Source: Malacoraja senta (Eukaryota). Taken from it: a stretch of DNA of 64,000 nt. The DNA is taken from NCBI GenBank assembly GCA_038087875.1, contig JAXLNO010000137.1, positions 1-64,000 of the forward strand. Direction: 5' to 3'. A program made the translations under genes and the position numbers. Positions within the stretch are counted from its first letter, which is position 1. Every line of letters starts with the position of its first letter. Shown here piece after piece: positions 49,035 through 61,454 of the stretch. The notes under the pieces are model-generated. The model saw nothing but the letters and a program-made list of their open reading frames with translations, made no database searches and was not told the DNA's origin.

Positions 49035-49248
49035 AGATAGATGCAAAATGCTGGAGTAACTCTGCGGGACAGGCAGCACCTCTGGAGAGAAGGAATGGGT
49101 GACGTTTCGGGTCGAGACCTTTCTTCAGACCAGTCTACCCGAAACATCACCCATTCCTTCTCTCCTGAGATGCTGCCTGACCCGTAGAGTTACTTCAGCA
49201 TTTTGTGTCCATCTTTGGTTTAAACCTGCATCAGCAGTTCCTTCCTAC
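49035..49248 (+). mobile_element. Fold-back PLE-derived insertion with 16-bp TSD
   Basis: TCATAGTCAATGCCCT (49019-49034) / TCATACTCAATGCCCT (49249-49264). Confidence 0.8.
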
Positions 49249-49294
49249 TCATACTCAATGCCCTGACCAATGAAAATAAGCACACCTTTCTCAA

Positions 49295-49762
49295 GAAAGG
49301 TTCCGACCCAAATCACCTATCCATGTTCTCCACATATGCTGCCTGACCCGCTGAGTTACTCCAGCACTCTGTGAAACGTCACCTATCCATGTTCTCCACA
49401 GATGCTGCCTGACCCGCTGAGTTACTCCAGCACTCTGTGAAACGTCACCTATCCATGTTCTCCACAGATGCTGCCTGACCCGCTGAGTTACTCCAGCACT
49501 CTGTGAAACGTCACCTATCCATGTTCCGGCAGCATCTATGGAGCGAAGGAAATAGGCAACGTTTCGGCCCGAAACCCTTCCGGGTTTCGGCCCGAAACGT
49601 TGCCTATTTCCTTCAGGGTTTCGGCCCGAAAGGTTGCCCATTTCCTTCACTCCACAGATGCTGCCTGACCCGCTGAGTTACTCCAGCACTCTGTGAATCG
49701 TCACCTATCCATGTTCTCCACAGATGCTGCCTGACCTGCTGAGTTACTCCAGCACTCTGTGT
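49295..49762 (+). repeat. 66-bp tandem units of the PLE terminus with an embedded palindromic composite
   Basis: Units start at 49373, 49439, 49505 and 49695. Confidence 0.85.
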
Positions 49763-51455
49763 CAGAATGTTACTGAGTGTGGGAGCAGTCCCCCGCTTAT
49801 TACTTATGGCCTGAGATAAAGGGACTGCTATTTTCATCTTCGCATTCCTCATGCAGTGTGACATTTGATGACTAACATGGGAAAATCAAACTGCTTCAAG
49901 CTGGCAACGTGCGGAGAAAGGTCAACTCTCTATGTAACAAGTTTATAAAAAGTCAGATTCAAGTTGTGCTCTTGTCCATGCTCTTGTCTCATGCAAGTGT
50001 TGCCATTATTTTCGGGACGTTATCTTTGCCGGGGCAATCATTGTATACCCACCCCGATTGATCTTGCTCTGACAGAGCAGTGGACTGATTGTTCTGCGCT
50101 GTTTCGAGAAGCAGGCCCCTGTGCCCACCCAGTCCGCGCCGACCAGCGATCACCCCGCACATCAGTCCTGTCCGACACACACTCAGGGCACTTTACAGAA
50201 GCCAATTGACCTATAAAACCGGAACGTCTTTGTGGAGTGCGGGAGAAAAACTGGAGCACCCGGAGAAAACCCAGGCAGTCACAGGGGGAACGTACAAACT
50301 CCATACAGACAGCACCCCGTAGTCAGGATCGAGCCCGGGTCTCTGGCGCTGTGATCATAATCATAATCGTAATTTATTCGCCAAGTATGTTTTGCAACAT
50401 ACGAGGAATTTGGTTTGTCATACAGTCATAACTAAAAAGCAACAAGACATACAACTACGTAACAATTTGACATCAACTTCCACCACAGTGGCTCCCCTAC
50501 ATTCCCCACTGTGATGGACGGCAATAAAGACTTATCTTCTTTCCTCCTTTTCTCTACCGCTGCACCATCGTGCCGCCACATAGCGATCAGATCGAGAAGG
50601 AACAGCAGGTTTAATCTCCTGAATCACTAGTTTTCATGACCATTTTATGACCAACATTACTGAGACTAGCTTATTTTTCTATGATTAACTAACTAAATAA
50701 TTAATTGAGTTTAATTCTGCTTCTGTTGTTGTAGTGGATTTTGAAACCTGCGTCTCAAAAACATCTCCTCGGAACACTTGAGGTTTAGATTCAGCATTAT
50801 TTATTGTCACGTGTACCGAGGTACAGTGAAACGCGTTGTTCTGCATGAGATCCAACCAGATCAGATAATGCACAAATACAATCAAATCCATCTGAAATAC
50901 AATCAGTGGAGGAAAGGGGAAGATACAGAGTGCAGGATGTAGTTCTCAGCATTGTAACGCACCAGTTCCAGAGACAAAGTCCAATGTCCGCAATGGGGGA
51001 GAGGTGAATCGGACAGTACCCTGGCTTATGTTCAGAAGCCTGATGACAGAGGGGAAGAAGCTGTTCCTGAGTCTGGTGGTGCGCGCTTTCAAGCTTCTGT
51101 ACCTTCAGCCTGATGGCACTATAAATTGCTAATCATTTTATTTTTCAAAATAAATTGCAAATCATTTTCCTCTTCTTTATATTCAGTGCATCTTTCTGAC
51201 GGTTCGCGACGGTTCAGTGTCGTTTATCAGTTTATTATTGTCACGTGTACAGTGAAAAGCTTTCTTGGTGCGAGCTATCCAGTCAGCGAAAAGACTATTA
51301 CGATGAAGCCGTCCACAGTGTACAGATACAGGATAAAGGGAATAATGTTTAGTGCAAAACTAAAACTAAATGATATAAATTATATTGTCATGGTTCAAAC
51401 TATAATCTGCAACATGATGCATAGGAACTATAGAAACATAGGGATTTATTTATCA

Positions 51456-51584
51456 GTCTGAAGAAGGGTCTCGACCCGAAACGTCACCTATACCTTCTCT
51501 CCAGAGATGCTGCCTCACCCGCTGAGTTTCTCCAGCATTTTTGTCTCCCTTCAATTTTTCCAGCATCTGCAGTTCTTTCTTAAA
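51456..51584 (+). mobile_element. Short PLE-derived monomer starting at a consensus hammerhead (51458-51485)
   Basis: GTCTGAAGAAGGGTCTCGACCCGAAACGTCACC...GTTCTTTCTTAAA. Confidence 0.8.
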
Positions 51585-52007
51585 TATTTCCCAAAAGCAG
51601 TCACATAGCCTTGTGCCCAGGCCAGCAATAACTGGACCTTAGATTTAAAAATAGACCAGTGATGTGACCTCAACCCTGCAGACACACGCTCAATTTTGAT
51701 CTTTTCTCCAAGGATACATTTTTTACATGTTGGCCCAGCATCCTCCTAACCTTCTAGCTCCCATACCTTCTTCCTTATCTCCTCCTCATTAACTCAAACT
51801 CACTGTCCTCCCAGATATTCATCGACATCCGCTGCAGGTATCATTCTCCAACTCCTGCTGGGTGCGTCGTATGGTTAGGGTCAAGCTAGCTGGGTGGAGA
51901 GAGAAAGCTAGCTTGACCTTAACCGCTAGCTCCACAGAGTGGAGAGAGAAAGAGCGAGAGTGGGCAAGGGTAGGTGAGAGAGAGATAGAGAGGGGGGGTT
52001 AGAGAAT

Positions 52008-52513
52008 GCCATAGAGGGAGTACAGAGAAGGTTCACCAGACTGATTCCTGGGATGTCAGGACTTTCATATGAAGAAAGACTGGATAGACTCGGTTTGTAC
52101 TCGCTAGAATTTAGAAGATTGAGGGGGGATCTTATAGAAACTTACAAAATTCTTAAGGGGTTGGACAGGCTAGATGCAGGAAGATTGTTCCCGATGTTGG
52201 GGAAGTCCAGAACAAGGGGTCACAGTTTAAGGATAAGGGGAAATCTTTTAGGACTGAGATGAGAAAAAACATTTTTTACACAGAGTGGTGAGTCTCTGGA
52301 ACTCTCTGCCACAGAAGGTAGTTGAGGCCAGTTCATTGGCTATAGTTAAGAGGGAGTTAGATGTGGCCCTTGTGGCTAAAGGGATCAGGGGGTATGGAGA
52401 GAAAGCAGGTACAGGATACTGAGTTGGATGATCAGCCATGATCATATTGAATGGCGGGGCAGGCTCGAAGGGCCGAATGGCCTACTCCTGCACCTATTTT
52501 CTATGTTTCTATG
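52008..52513 (+). mobile_element. CR1 3' fragment
   Basis: [34 protein letters not shown] tail. Confidence 0.92.
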
Positions 52514-53552
52514 TTCACCAATGATGGAGGAATGAAACTGAGATTTGGTCAAGGGGCCAGAGCTGGAAGAGGGTAGAAACACTGGAGGATTGAAGGTCGG
52601 TGCATGATCAGAAGGGAAGGGACCACAAAGAGACGCAAAATAAAAAAGTTTCTAAACTCAATGAAAGAATTAGCTGGGTCTGTGTACTTGGGGGGGGGGG
52701 GGGGGGGGAGGAGGGGTGGGGGGGGGGGGGGGATAGAGAATGAAATGCTCTTGACGTGACTTCAAATAGAAAAAGCATCGAACATCAACAGTTCGCAGAG
52801 GAGGTTCAATGTTCAAAAGAAAATAAGACTCTTCCAGTGTTGGCTGGGATCCAAACGCCAATACTCCTCTCTCGCCTTCTCTCATCTCAAGGCAACGCAC
52901 TGGAGCCTCCTGTTGCTGCAACGCTGAGGCACCGTTGTTCCTGCTCTCTCCCTGAATCAGTGCTAGGACCCACCGCTGATTTTCCAAGCCCCCTTCCCCG
53001 CTGGTCATCCTGCGAGATTAGATCAGGCCAGGGAGGGAAAGTTGTCATTTTAAACAACACAGCGCTGGAGAGCTGAGACCAACAGAGCTACAATCATTGG
53101 AATATCTGGCAGGTTTAGCTGCTCAGAATACAACAGGCACTCCCCTCTCTGTCTCTGGGTGAGATTACTCCACCACAGTGGGAACCCTCGAGGATTCGAC
53201 ACTGATATAAATCGACAGACCATACTTTCCATCCCAGAAAGGGATGTGTGGGAAGGAACTGCAGGTGCTGGTTTAAACCAAAAATAGACACACAAAAAAA
53301 TGCTGGAGTAACTCAGCGGGACAGGCAGCATCTCTGGGGAGATGGAACGGGACACCCTTTTCAGGTCGAGACCCTTCTTCAGACTGAGAGGGTCAGGGGA
53401 GAGGGGGACTGGAGGTATGAAAAGGTACAGAACAACTCAGAGATGGAGCCCACAATGGTCTGAAGAAGGGTCTCGACCCGACACACGTCATCTGTTCCTT
53501 CACTCCACAGATGCAAAGGGATATGAATAGTGAAACTCGCAGGCCAACCAGT

Positions 53553-53978
53553 TTGTGTGTGTGTGTGTGTGTGTGTGCATGTGTGTGTGTGGGTGTGGGT
53601 GTGTATGTGTGTGTGTGTGTGTGGGTGTGGGTGTGTGTGGGTGTGTGTGTGTGTATGTGTGTGGGTGTGTGTGTGTGTGTGTATGTGTGTGTGTGGGTGT
53701 GGGTGTGGGTGTGTGTGTGGGTGTGTGTGTGTGTATGTGTGTGTGTGCGTGTGCATGTGTGTGCGTGTGTGTGGGTGTGGGTGTGTGTGTGTGGGTGTGT
53801 GTGTGTGTATGTGTGTGTGTGTGTGTGTGGGTGTGGGTGTGGGTGTGTGTGTGTGTGTATGTGTGTGTGTGTGTGTGCATGTGTGTGCGTGTGTGTGGGT
53901 GTGGGTGTGTCTGTGTGTATGTGTGTGTGTGTGTGTGTGTGTGCATGTGTGTGCATGTGTGTGCGTGCGTGCGCGTGC

Positions 53979-54012
<34 letters not shown>

Positions 54013-54140
54013 ATGAGTGTGTGTGTGTGTGAGTGTGTGTGTGTGTGTGTGTTTGTGCGTGAGTGTGTGTGTGTGTGTGTGTGCGTGTGTGTGTGTGGCG
54101 CGTGTGTGCGTGCGTGCGTGCGTGCATGCGTGTGTGTGTG
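53553..54140. repeat. Long degenerate (TG)n microsatellite
   Basis: Visible. Confidence 0.97.
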
Positions 54141-54370
54141 GGGGGGACAGAGATAGCGAGAATGCAAGGGTTACTTGAATGCATGAATGAATGAATGAAC
54201 GAGCGGATACACAATTGTCACGTGTGACAGGTCTCAGTAACATTCTTTGTTTTGAGCGCCCGTGGTATGCAAAGAGTGGCCACATAAAGGGCACCAACAT
54301 CATTCCACACTGGATCCTCCTTTGTTCTCCCCCCCTTCCCCCTCCCCTCCCACCCCAGCCGTGTGTGTGT

Positions 54371-54405
<35 letters not shown>

Positions 54406-54662
54406 ACAAACAGTCATGCATCACCTGCAGGGAGGGGGTTCTGTGCCCACACCGGGTGTGGGTTGGGAGACAGTCAGATGCGGGTGTCCGTGGCAGGTTA
54501 ACGCTACCTGTCTCCACCCCCAGCTGTGATGGGGAGGACTCCACAGAGAGAGTCAGAGGGCTGCTGTGTACCTGGGTGGGGAGCAGGAGCTGACGGTCTC
54601 TCCCCCCATACCCAACGCGGTGCAATGCTGTAGTGCTTCCGTGGTGGTGTGGCAGGGTCACA

Positions 54663-55113
54663 AGCCAGCCCAGCCCAGCCCAGCCCAGCCCTGCCCTGCC
54701 CTGCCCAGCCCAGCCCAGCCCAGCCCAGCCCCACCCAGCCCAGCCCAGCCCAGCCCAGCCCCACCCAGCCCAGCCCAGCCCAGCCCAGCCCAGCCCAGCC
54801 CAGCCCAGCCCACACAGCCCAGCCCAGCCCAGCCCAGCCCAGCCCACACAGCCCAGCCCAGCCCAGCCCCACCCAGCCTCGCCCAGCCCCACCCAGCCCA
54901 GCCCACACAGCCCAGCCCAGCCCAGCCCAGCCCACACAGCCCAGCCCAGCCCACACAGCCCAGCCCAGCCCAGCTCAGCCCAGCCCAGCCCACACAGCCC
55001 AGCTCAGCCCACACAGCCCAGCCCAGCCCAGCCCACACAGCCCAGCCCAGCCCAGCCCAGCCCAGCCCACACAGCCCAGCCCAGCCCAGCCCAGCCCACA
55101 CAGCCCAGCCCAC
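54663..55113. repeat. (GCCCA)n pentanucleotide repeat
   Basis: Visible, with CACA and CCCCACC interruptions. Confidence 0.97.
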
Positions 55114-55602
55114 CAGCACTCAGGCACAGATGGAGATGATTTGATAATCCCACTTATTTTTATAATTAATGTTTAGAATTACTGTTGTCCCGGTGGGTCT
55201 ATGTACCGCATTATCTGAGACAGCAAGGAGAAATCTAGAGTTAATTTTAGAGACACAGCACAGAATCAGGCCCTTCAGCCCACCGAGTCCGCACCAACCA
55301 GTGATCCCCGCTCATTAACACTATCCTACACACACCAGGGACAATTTAAACTTGTACAGAGGAGTGGGGTTCTCCAATGAAGGAAAATAGAAAAAGCTTG
55401 CTCCCCACTCCCTAGAAATTGGAAAGAGTGACGTACAAGGTTCATAAAGGTCTGAAGAAGGGTCTTGACCCGAACGTCACCCATCCCTTCTCTCCAGAGA
55501 TGCTGCCCGTCCGCTGAGTTACTCCAGCTTTTTCGGTTTTGTGTTTATCTTCCACACATAAAGTTCAGAAAGGCGGCGGATAGTCACAGACAAAGATACC
55601 TT

Positions 55603-56454
55603 GGTCACAGAGTCACAGAGACACAGAGTCACAGTCACAGAGTCACAGAGACACAGAGACACGGTCACAGAGACACAGAGACACAGAGTCACAGAGTCAC
55701 AGAGTCACAGAGTCACAGAGACACAGAATCACAGAGATACAGAGACACAGAGACACAGAGTCACAGAGTCACAGAGTCACAGAGACACAGAGACACAGAG
55801 ACACAGAGACACAGAGACACAGCGACACAGCGACACAGAGACACAGAGACACAGAGACACAGAGACACAGAGACACAGAGACACAGAGTCACAGAGTCAC
55901 AGAGACACAGAGACACAGAGACACAGAGTCACAGAGACACAGAGACACAGAGACACAGAGTCACAGAGACACAGAGTCACAGAGACACAGAGACACAGAG
56001 ACACAGAGACACAGAGTCACAGAGTCACAGAGACACAGAGACACAGTCACAGAGTCACAGAGTCACAGAGTCACAGAGACACAGAGACACAGAGTCACAG
56101 AGTCACAGAGACACAGCGACACAGAGACACAGAGACACAGAGACACAGAGACACAGAGACACAGAGTCACAGAGTCACAGAGACACAGAGACACAGAGTC
56201 ACAGAGTCACAGAGACACAGAGACACAGTCACAGAGTCACAGAGTCACAGAGACACAGAGACACAGAGACACAGAGACACGGTCACAGAGTCACAGAGAC
56301 ACAGAGTCACAGAGTCACAGAGACACAGAGACACAGAGATACAGAGACACAGAGATACAGAGACACAGAGTCACAGAGACACAGAGACACAGAGACACAG
56401 AGACACAGAGACACAGAGACACAGAGTCACAGAGTCACAGAGTCACAGAGTCAC
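55603..56454. repeat. 8-bp repeat array ((A/T)CACAGAG)n
   Basis: Visible; abuts the 3' end of a minus-strand CR1. Confidence 0.97.
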
Positions 56455-56890
56455 ACTGCATGGAAACAGGCCCTTCAGCCCAACTTGCCGGCACCAACCA
56501 GCATGCCCCAGCTACACTAGTCCCAACCTGCCTGCGCTTGGTCCATATCCCTCTAAACCTGTCCGATCCATGTACCTGTCTAAATGTTTCTTAAACGTCG
56601 GGATAGTCCCAGCCTCAACTACCTCCTCTGGCAGCTCGTTCCATACACCCACCAGCCTTTGTGTGAAAAATTCAGATTCCTGTTAAATCTTTTCCCCTTC
56701 ATCTTAAACCTATGTCCTCTGGTCCTCGATTCCCCAACTCTGAGTCAATGTGCATCTACCCGATCTATTCCTCTCATGATTTTATACACCTCTATAAGAT
56801 CACCCCTCATCCTCCTGCGCTCCAAGGAATAGAGACCCAGCCTGCCCCAACCTCTCCCTGTAGCTAAGACCCACGAGTCCTGGCCACTTG
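56455..56890 (-). mobile_element. CR1/HER1-like 3' fragment
   Basis: Homologous to 63020-63470. Confidence 0.85.
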
Positions 56891-57002
56891 CTCGTAAGTC
56901 TTCTCTGTACCATTTCCGCAGTCAGGATGGAGGCCGGGACTCTGGCACTGTAAGGTAACAACTCTACCGCTGTGCCACCATGCTGCCCTTCTTCTGCAGT
57001 TG

Positions 57003-57592
57003 TGTAGGGCTCTGGTGAGACCACATCTGGAGTATTGTGTACAGTTTTGGTCTCCTAATTTGAGGAAGGACATCCTTGTGATTGAGGCAGTGCAGCGTAG
57101 GTTCACGAGATTGATCCCTGGGATGGCGGGACTGTCATATGAGGAAAGATTGAAAAGACTAGGCTTGTATTCACTGGAGTTTAGAATGATGAGGGGAGAT
57201 CTTATAGAAATATAAAATTATAAAAGGACTGGACAAGCTAGATGCAGGAAAAATGTTCCCAATGTGGGGTGAGTCCAGAACCAGGGGCCACAGTCTTAGA
57301 ATAAAAGGGAGGTCATTTAAGACTGAGGTGAGAAAACACTTTTTCACCCAGAGAGTTGTGAATTTGTGGAATTCCCTGCCACAGAGGGCAGTGGAGGCCA
57401 AATCACTGGATGGATTTAAGAGAGAGTTAGATAGAGCTCTAGGGGCTAGTGGGATCAAGGGATATGGGGAGAAGGCAGGCACGGGTTATTGATTGGGGAC
57501 GATCAGCCATGATCACAATGAATGGCGGTGCTGGCTCGAAGGGCCGAATGGCCTCCTCCTGCACCTATTTTCTATGTTTCTATGTTTCTATG
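57003..57592 (+). mobile_element. CR1 3' fragment
   Basis: [13 protein letters not shown]...; tail (TTTCTATG)x3. Confidence 0.92.
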
Positions 57593-57829
57593 TAACTCCT
57601 CCTGAACTATCTCCGCGACTGTGAGACGACTCAGAACAATTCCCGAGTGAGTAAGTGGGTGTGGTGCACGCCATCCACAATGAACGAGACAGCGTGTTCT
57701 CAGTAATGAACAGGTTTGAAGGGCTGAGTCCAATTTTTGTTTCTCATGCTCCTCATGTACTTTTCCAAGTAAACATACTTGTTGAATCACAAGATAAAAA
57801 ACCTCAATGCTCCCTTCCACGCAACACCA

Positions 57830-58135
57830 AGGGGCGGCACGGAGTCGCAGCGGGTAGAGCTGCTGCCTCACAGCGCCGGAGACCCGGGTTGGATCCTGGC
57901 TACGGGCGCTGTCCGCACGAAGGTTGTACCTTCTCCCCGTGACCTGCGTGGGTTTTCTCCGGGTGCTCCGGATTCCTCCCCAGCTCCACAGACGTTTAGG
58001 TTTCTCCATTTTTTGGCTTCGGTAAGAAACAATTGTAAATTGTCCCTCGCGTGCAAGGTGGTTGATGGTCGGCACGGACTCGATGGGCCGAAGGGTCTGA
58101 TTCACGCTGCATCTCTAAAACTAAAAACTAAAACT
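57830..58135 (+). mobile_element. V-SINE (HE1-like)
   Basis: Head, V-domain and CTAAAA tail. Confidence 0.82.
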
Positions 58136-59092
58136 GAAAAGCAAGAAACAGCATTTTACATTTCACCCCCAGAGGCTAATTGAGCTTTTATAAAGTTCTA
58201 TGCAAACCTATTCTTAGATCTCATTAACTATTTATTTTCTACTTATAGGGTGTGACACCAACAGACCTGCTTGTTGGTTCTTGAATCTTCGATGGTAATC
58301 AGAGAACCTGCTCAATTCAAAGATATTCCATTTATGGGATTCTGCTGCGTTTGGGACGTGCGTGCGTGCGTCCCTGGCTTATTTGATGCTGTCAGTCGTT
58401 GGGCTATTTTGGCAGCGACTTCATTGCAGATGAATAATTTTTAAAGAATTTACTTTTAATAAAACGAATTATCACATCCTCAGAACATCTTTAAGAGATT
58501 ACAAAGAGCTGTTTGGAGCGATCTCGCAAACCGAATCATTGGCCAATTGTCACACTGTGAGATTCAACAAACAGCAATTGAGATACAGGAGCTTTAAGTC
58601 TGCAAGTGTCGTGTTATTTGAGACGTAAATCTGAAACAAGAAATCATGGGACTTCTTTGAGACGTTAGACTTTAAAGATACATCATGGAAACAGGCCCCT
58701 CGGCCCAGCGAGTCCGCGCCAACCAGTGACCGCCCCCGTACACTAGCGTTATCCTTCACACTAGAGACAATTTACCATTTACAGAAACTAATTAAGCCAC
58801 ACGTCGTGTGGGAGTGGGAGGAAACTGAGGCTTCACCACGGCCAAGGCCTCATCGTCACGAGGCATCACCGCTGTCACGCCTCCGTGGTGCCGACCTGGG
58901 CCCCAACCGCGGGCTCCGTCGGCCGCTCCGCCCGACCCGGTGCTTCTACCCGCGAGGCCCCGGTCTTGCCCCGACCCGGGCTTTTACGCGGCGATTCGGG
59001 AGGCATCAAGACCACCGAGGCGCATCGATAAAGGCCTCTGGCTGCGTTCCCAGTCCACAGCTGCGGCTCGTCAGGAAGCCTTCATCGATTCA

Positions 59093-59402
59093 CCGTGGCG
59101 CAGCGGTAGAGTTGCTGCCTTACAGCGCTTGCAGTGCCAGAGACCCGGGTTCGATCCCGACTACGGGTGCTGTCTGTATGGAGTTTGTACGTTCTCCCCG
59201 TGACCTGCGTGGGTTTTTTCCTGGTGCTCCGGTTTCCTCCTACACTCCAAAGACGTACAGATTTGTAAGTAAATTGGCTTGGTATAAATGTAAATTGTTC
59301 CTAATGTGTGTAGGGTAGTGTAAATGTGTGGGGATCACTGGTCGGTGCGGGCTCATTGGGCCAAAGGGCCTGTTTCCACGCTGTATCTCAAAACTAAACT
59401 AA
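59093..59402 (+). mobile_element. V-SINE (HE1-like)
   Basis: A and B boxes, V-domain and tail. Confidence 0.85.
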
Positions 59403-59715
59403 AAAATCCAATTCTTGGGGCCACTTTAAGCTGGCATCCACATGCTTGATGTGATCAGCTATTCTGAAATCTCTTTAATGAACATTAAGTAATAAAAAAT
59501 GACACCTAGATTAATGAGCCATCTGCTGCAGCCAGACAGCTCAGACTCACCCTGAACGTGACCTAGTTAAAATCAAGTTTCACGCTCCATACCATGCTGC
59601 AGCTGAAAAGATGTCTTCTACCTGGGCTAGAGAACTGGCTCCAGATGTTAGTTGATACCAGCCCTAAACTGCTCTTATTTGGTTAAAACTGTTGTTATTT
59701 CATCAAGTTGTTTTC

Positions 59716-60168
59716 AGTGCAGTTTAGTTTATTGTCACGTGTAGCGAGGTACAGTGGAAAGCTTTTGTTGCGTGCTAACCAGTCAGCGGGAAGACAATAC
59801 ATGATTACATTCGAGCCATTTACAGTGTGCAGATACATGGTAAGGGAATAACGTTTAGTGCAAGATAAAGCCAGCAATGTCCGATCAAGGATAGTCCGAG
59901 GGTCACCAATGAGGTAGATAGTAGTTCAGGACCGCTCTCTGGTTGGTGAGAGGATGGTTCAGTTGCCTGATAACAGCTGGGAAGAAACTGTCCCTGAATC
60001 TGGAGGTGTGCGTTTGTTTTCACACTTCTGTACCTCTTGCCCGATGGGAGAGGGGAGAAGAGGGAGTGGCCAGGATGAGGCTGGTCCTTGATGATGCTGC
60101 TGGCCTTGCCGAGGCAGCGTGAAGTGTAGATGGAGTCAATGGAAGGGAGGTTGGTTTGTGTGATGGTC
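59716..60168 (-). mobile_element. Rex1/Babar-like LINE 3' end (second family)
   Basis: Minus strand ..RCLGKASSIIKDQ.HPGH.LFSPLPSGKRYRSVK..RFRDSFFPAVIRQLN, plus UTR. Confidence 0.75.
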
Positions 60169-61454
60169 CATCAAGTCTACTCCGCCATTGGCCACTCTAT
60201 ATCTCCCTCCTAACCCCATTCTCCTGCCTTCTCCCCATAACCCCTGACACCCGCACTAATAAAGAATCTGTCAACCTCCACCTTAAAAACATCCATTGAC
60301 TTGTCCTCCGCAGCCTTCTGTGGCAATAAATTCCACAGATTCACCACCCTTTTGCTAAAGACATTCCTCCTCCTCTCATTCCTAAAGGAACGTCCTTTAA
60401 TTCTGAGGCTGTGCCCTCTGGTCCTAGACTCTCCCACTAGTGGAAACATCCTCTCCACATCCACTCTATCCAGGCCTCTCACTATTCGCTATGTTTCGTC
60501 TTCTCGGTATCCCCCTCTCTGCTGCAGGTAATATCCGCTTCACAACCGTCCATCTGACGAAAGACGCATCCTTGGACCGCTGAGCGAGATCAACGGAAGC
60601 GGGGAAATTTAATTTGCAAAAATTGAATTAAAAATACAGCAGCCATAAATTTCCCAGCCAATCGACATTCAATGTAAGGTTGCAGGGCAGCCAGATTTAT
60701 GGTAAAAGATCTCTCTAATCTCACAGGAATATCTGGAATATCTCTCCGACCCCACTTCTCCTGCTGTCGTAAAATGTTAATGTGCCTTTTCCACAATTAA
60801 CATTTTGTTTTAATAGTAAAATTTATCTCCAGTCTGGCCTGGCTCCACCCCCCAGAGTACTGGAAGCACTCAGGTGAAATAGCTGAAAATGTCAATTGAC
60901 TTCTCACTGTACTAAGTTGTAATTTGTAACAGCGCTCACAGTCATTTGATGGTCCCGGGAGGGGTTTAGAGTGTCAAATGTAAAAGCGAGGTTAACAGAG
61001 TGAAAGATAATTACCCAACCACTCTGTAAATCAACAGGGCTCCTTGGTCTCTTGTCGGCATGTGAGCGAGAGTTTGCAGAGCCCGAAGAAACGAATTCTC
61101 CAGTGAGATGTGGGTGACGGAACCCAATCTGTGCTGGGGAAACCCTTCGGGACGAAGCAGATGAAAGCCACATACAAAAATAACCTCTTCTGCGCTTTAC
61201 TGAAAGCTTCGGCAGAGTATTGAGGAGCATTGATTGAAAATAGTGTTTTGCAACAGACAGCTCCAGAGATACTGCCTGACCAACTTACTCCAGCACTTTG
61301 TGTCTATCTTTGGTATGAAGCAGCACCTGCAGTTGCTTCCTACCCATAATAACCTGTGTCAAAGTCAAGGTCAAAGTCAATTTTATTCGTCACATCCACC
61401 TGAAGGAGCAGTGAAATGAATTTGCCAGCAACGATACACTTAAAAAGAACACAC

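Noticed and set aside
54663..55113. (GGGCT)n as an immunoglobulin switch region
   Set aside because: Almost no AGCT/GAGCT motifs, short length, and no Ig exons or recombination signals noticed nearby.
55465..56686. 351-aa and 361-aa repetitive ORFs
   Set aside because: They come from a stop-free 8-mer array that runs into antisense CR1 sequence.
57596..57655. Kinase-like peptide LLNYLRDC followed by a GTGAGT donor
   Set aside because: An in-frame TAA lies just upstream, there is no adjacent acceptor, and no other kinase exons are present.
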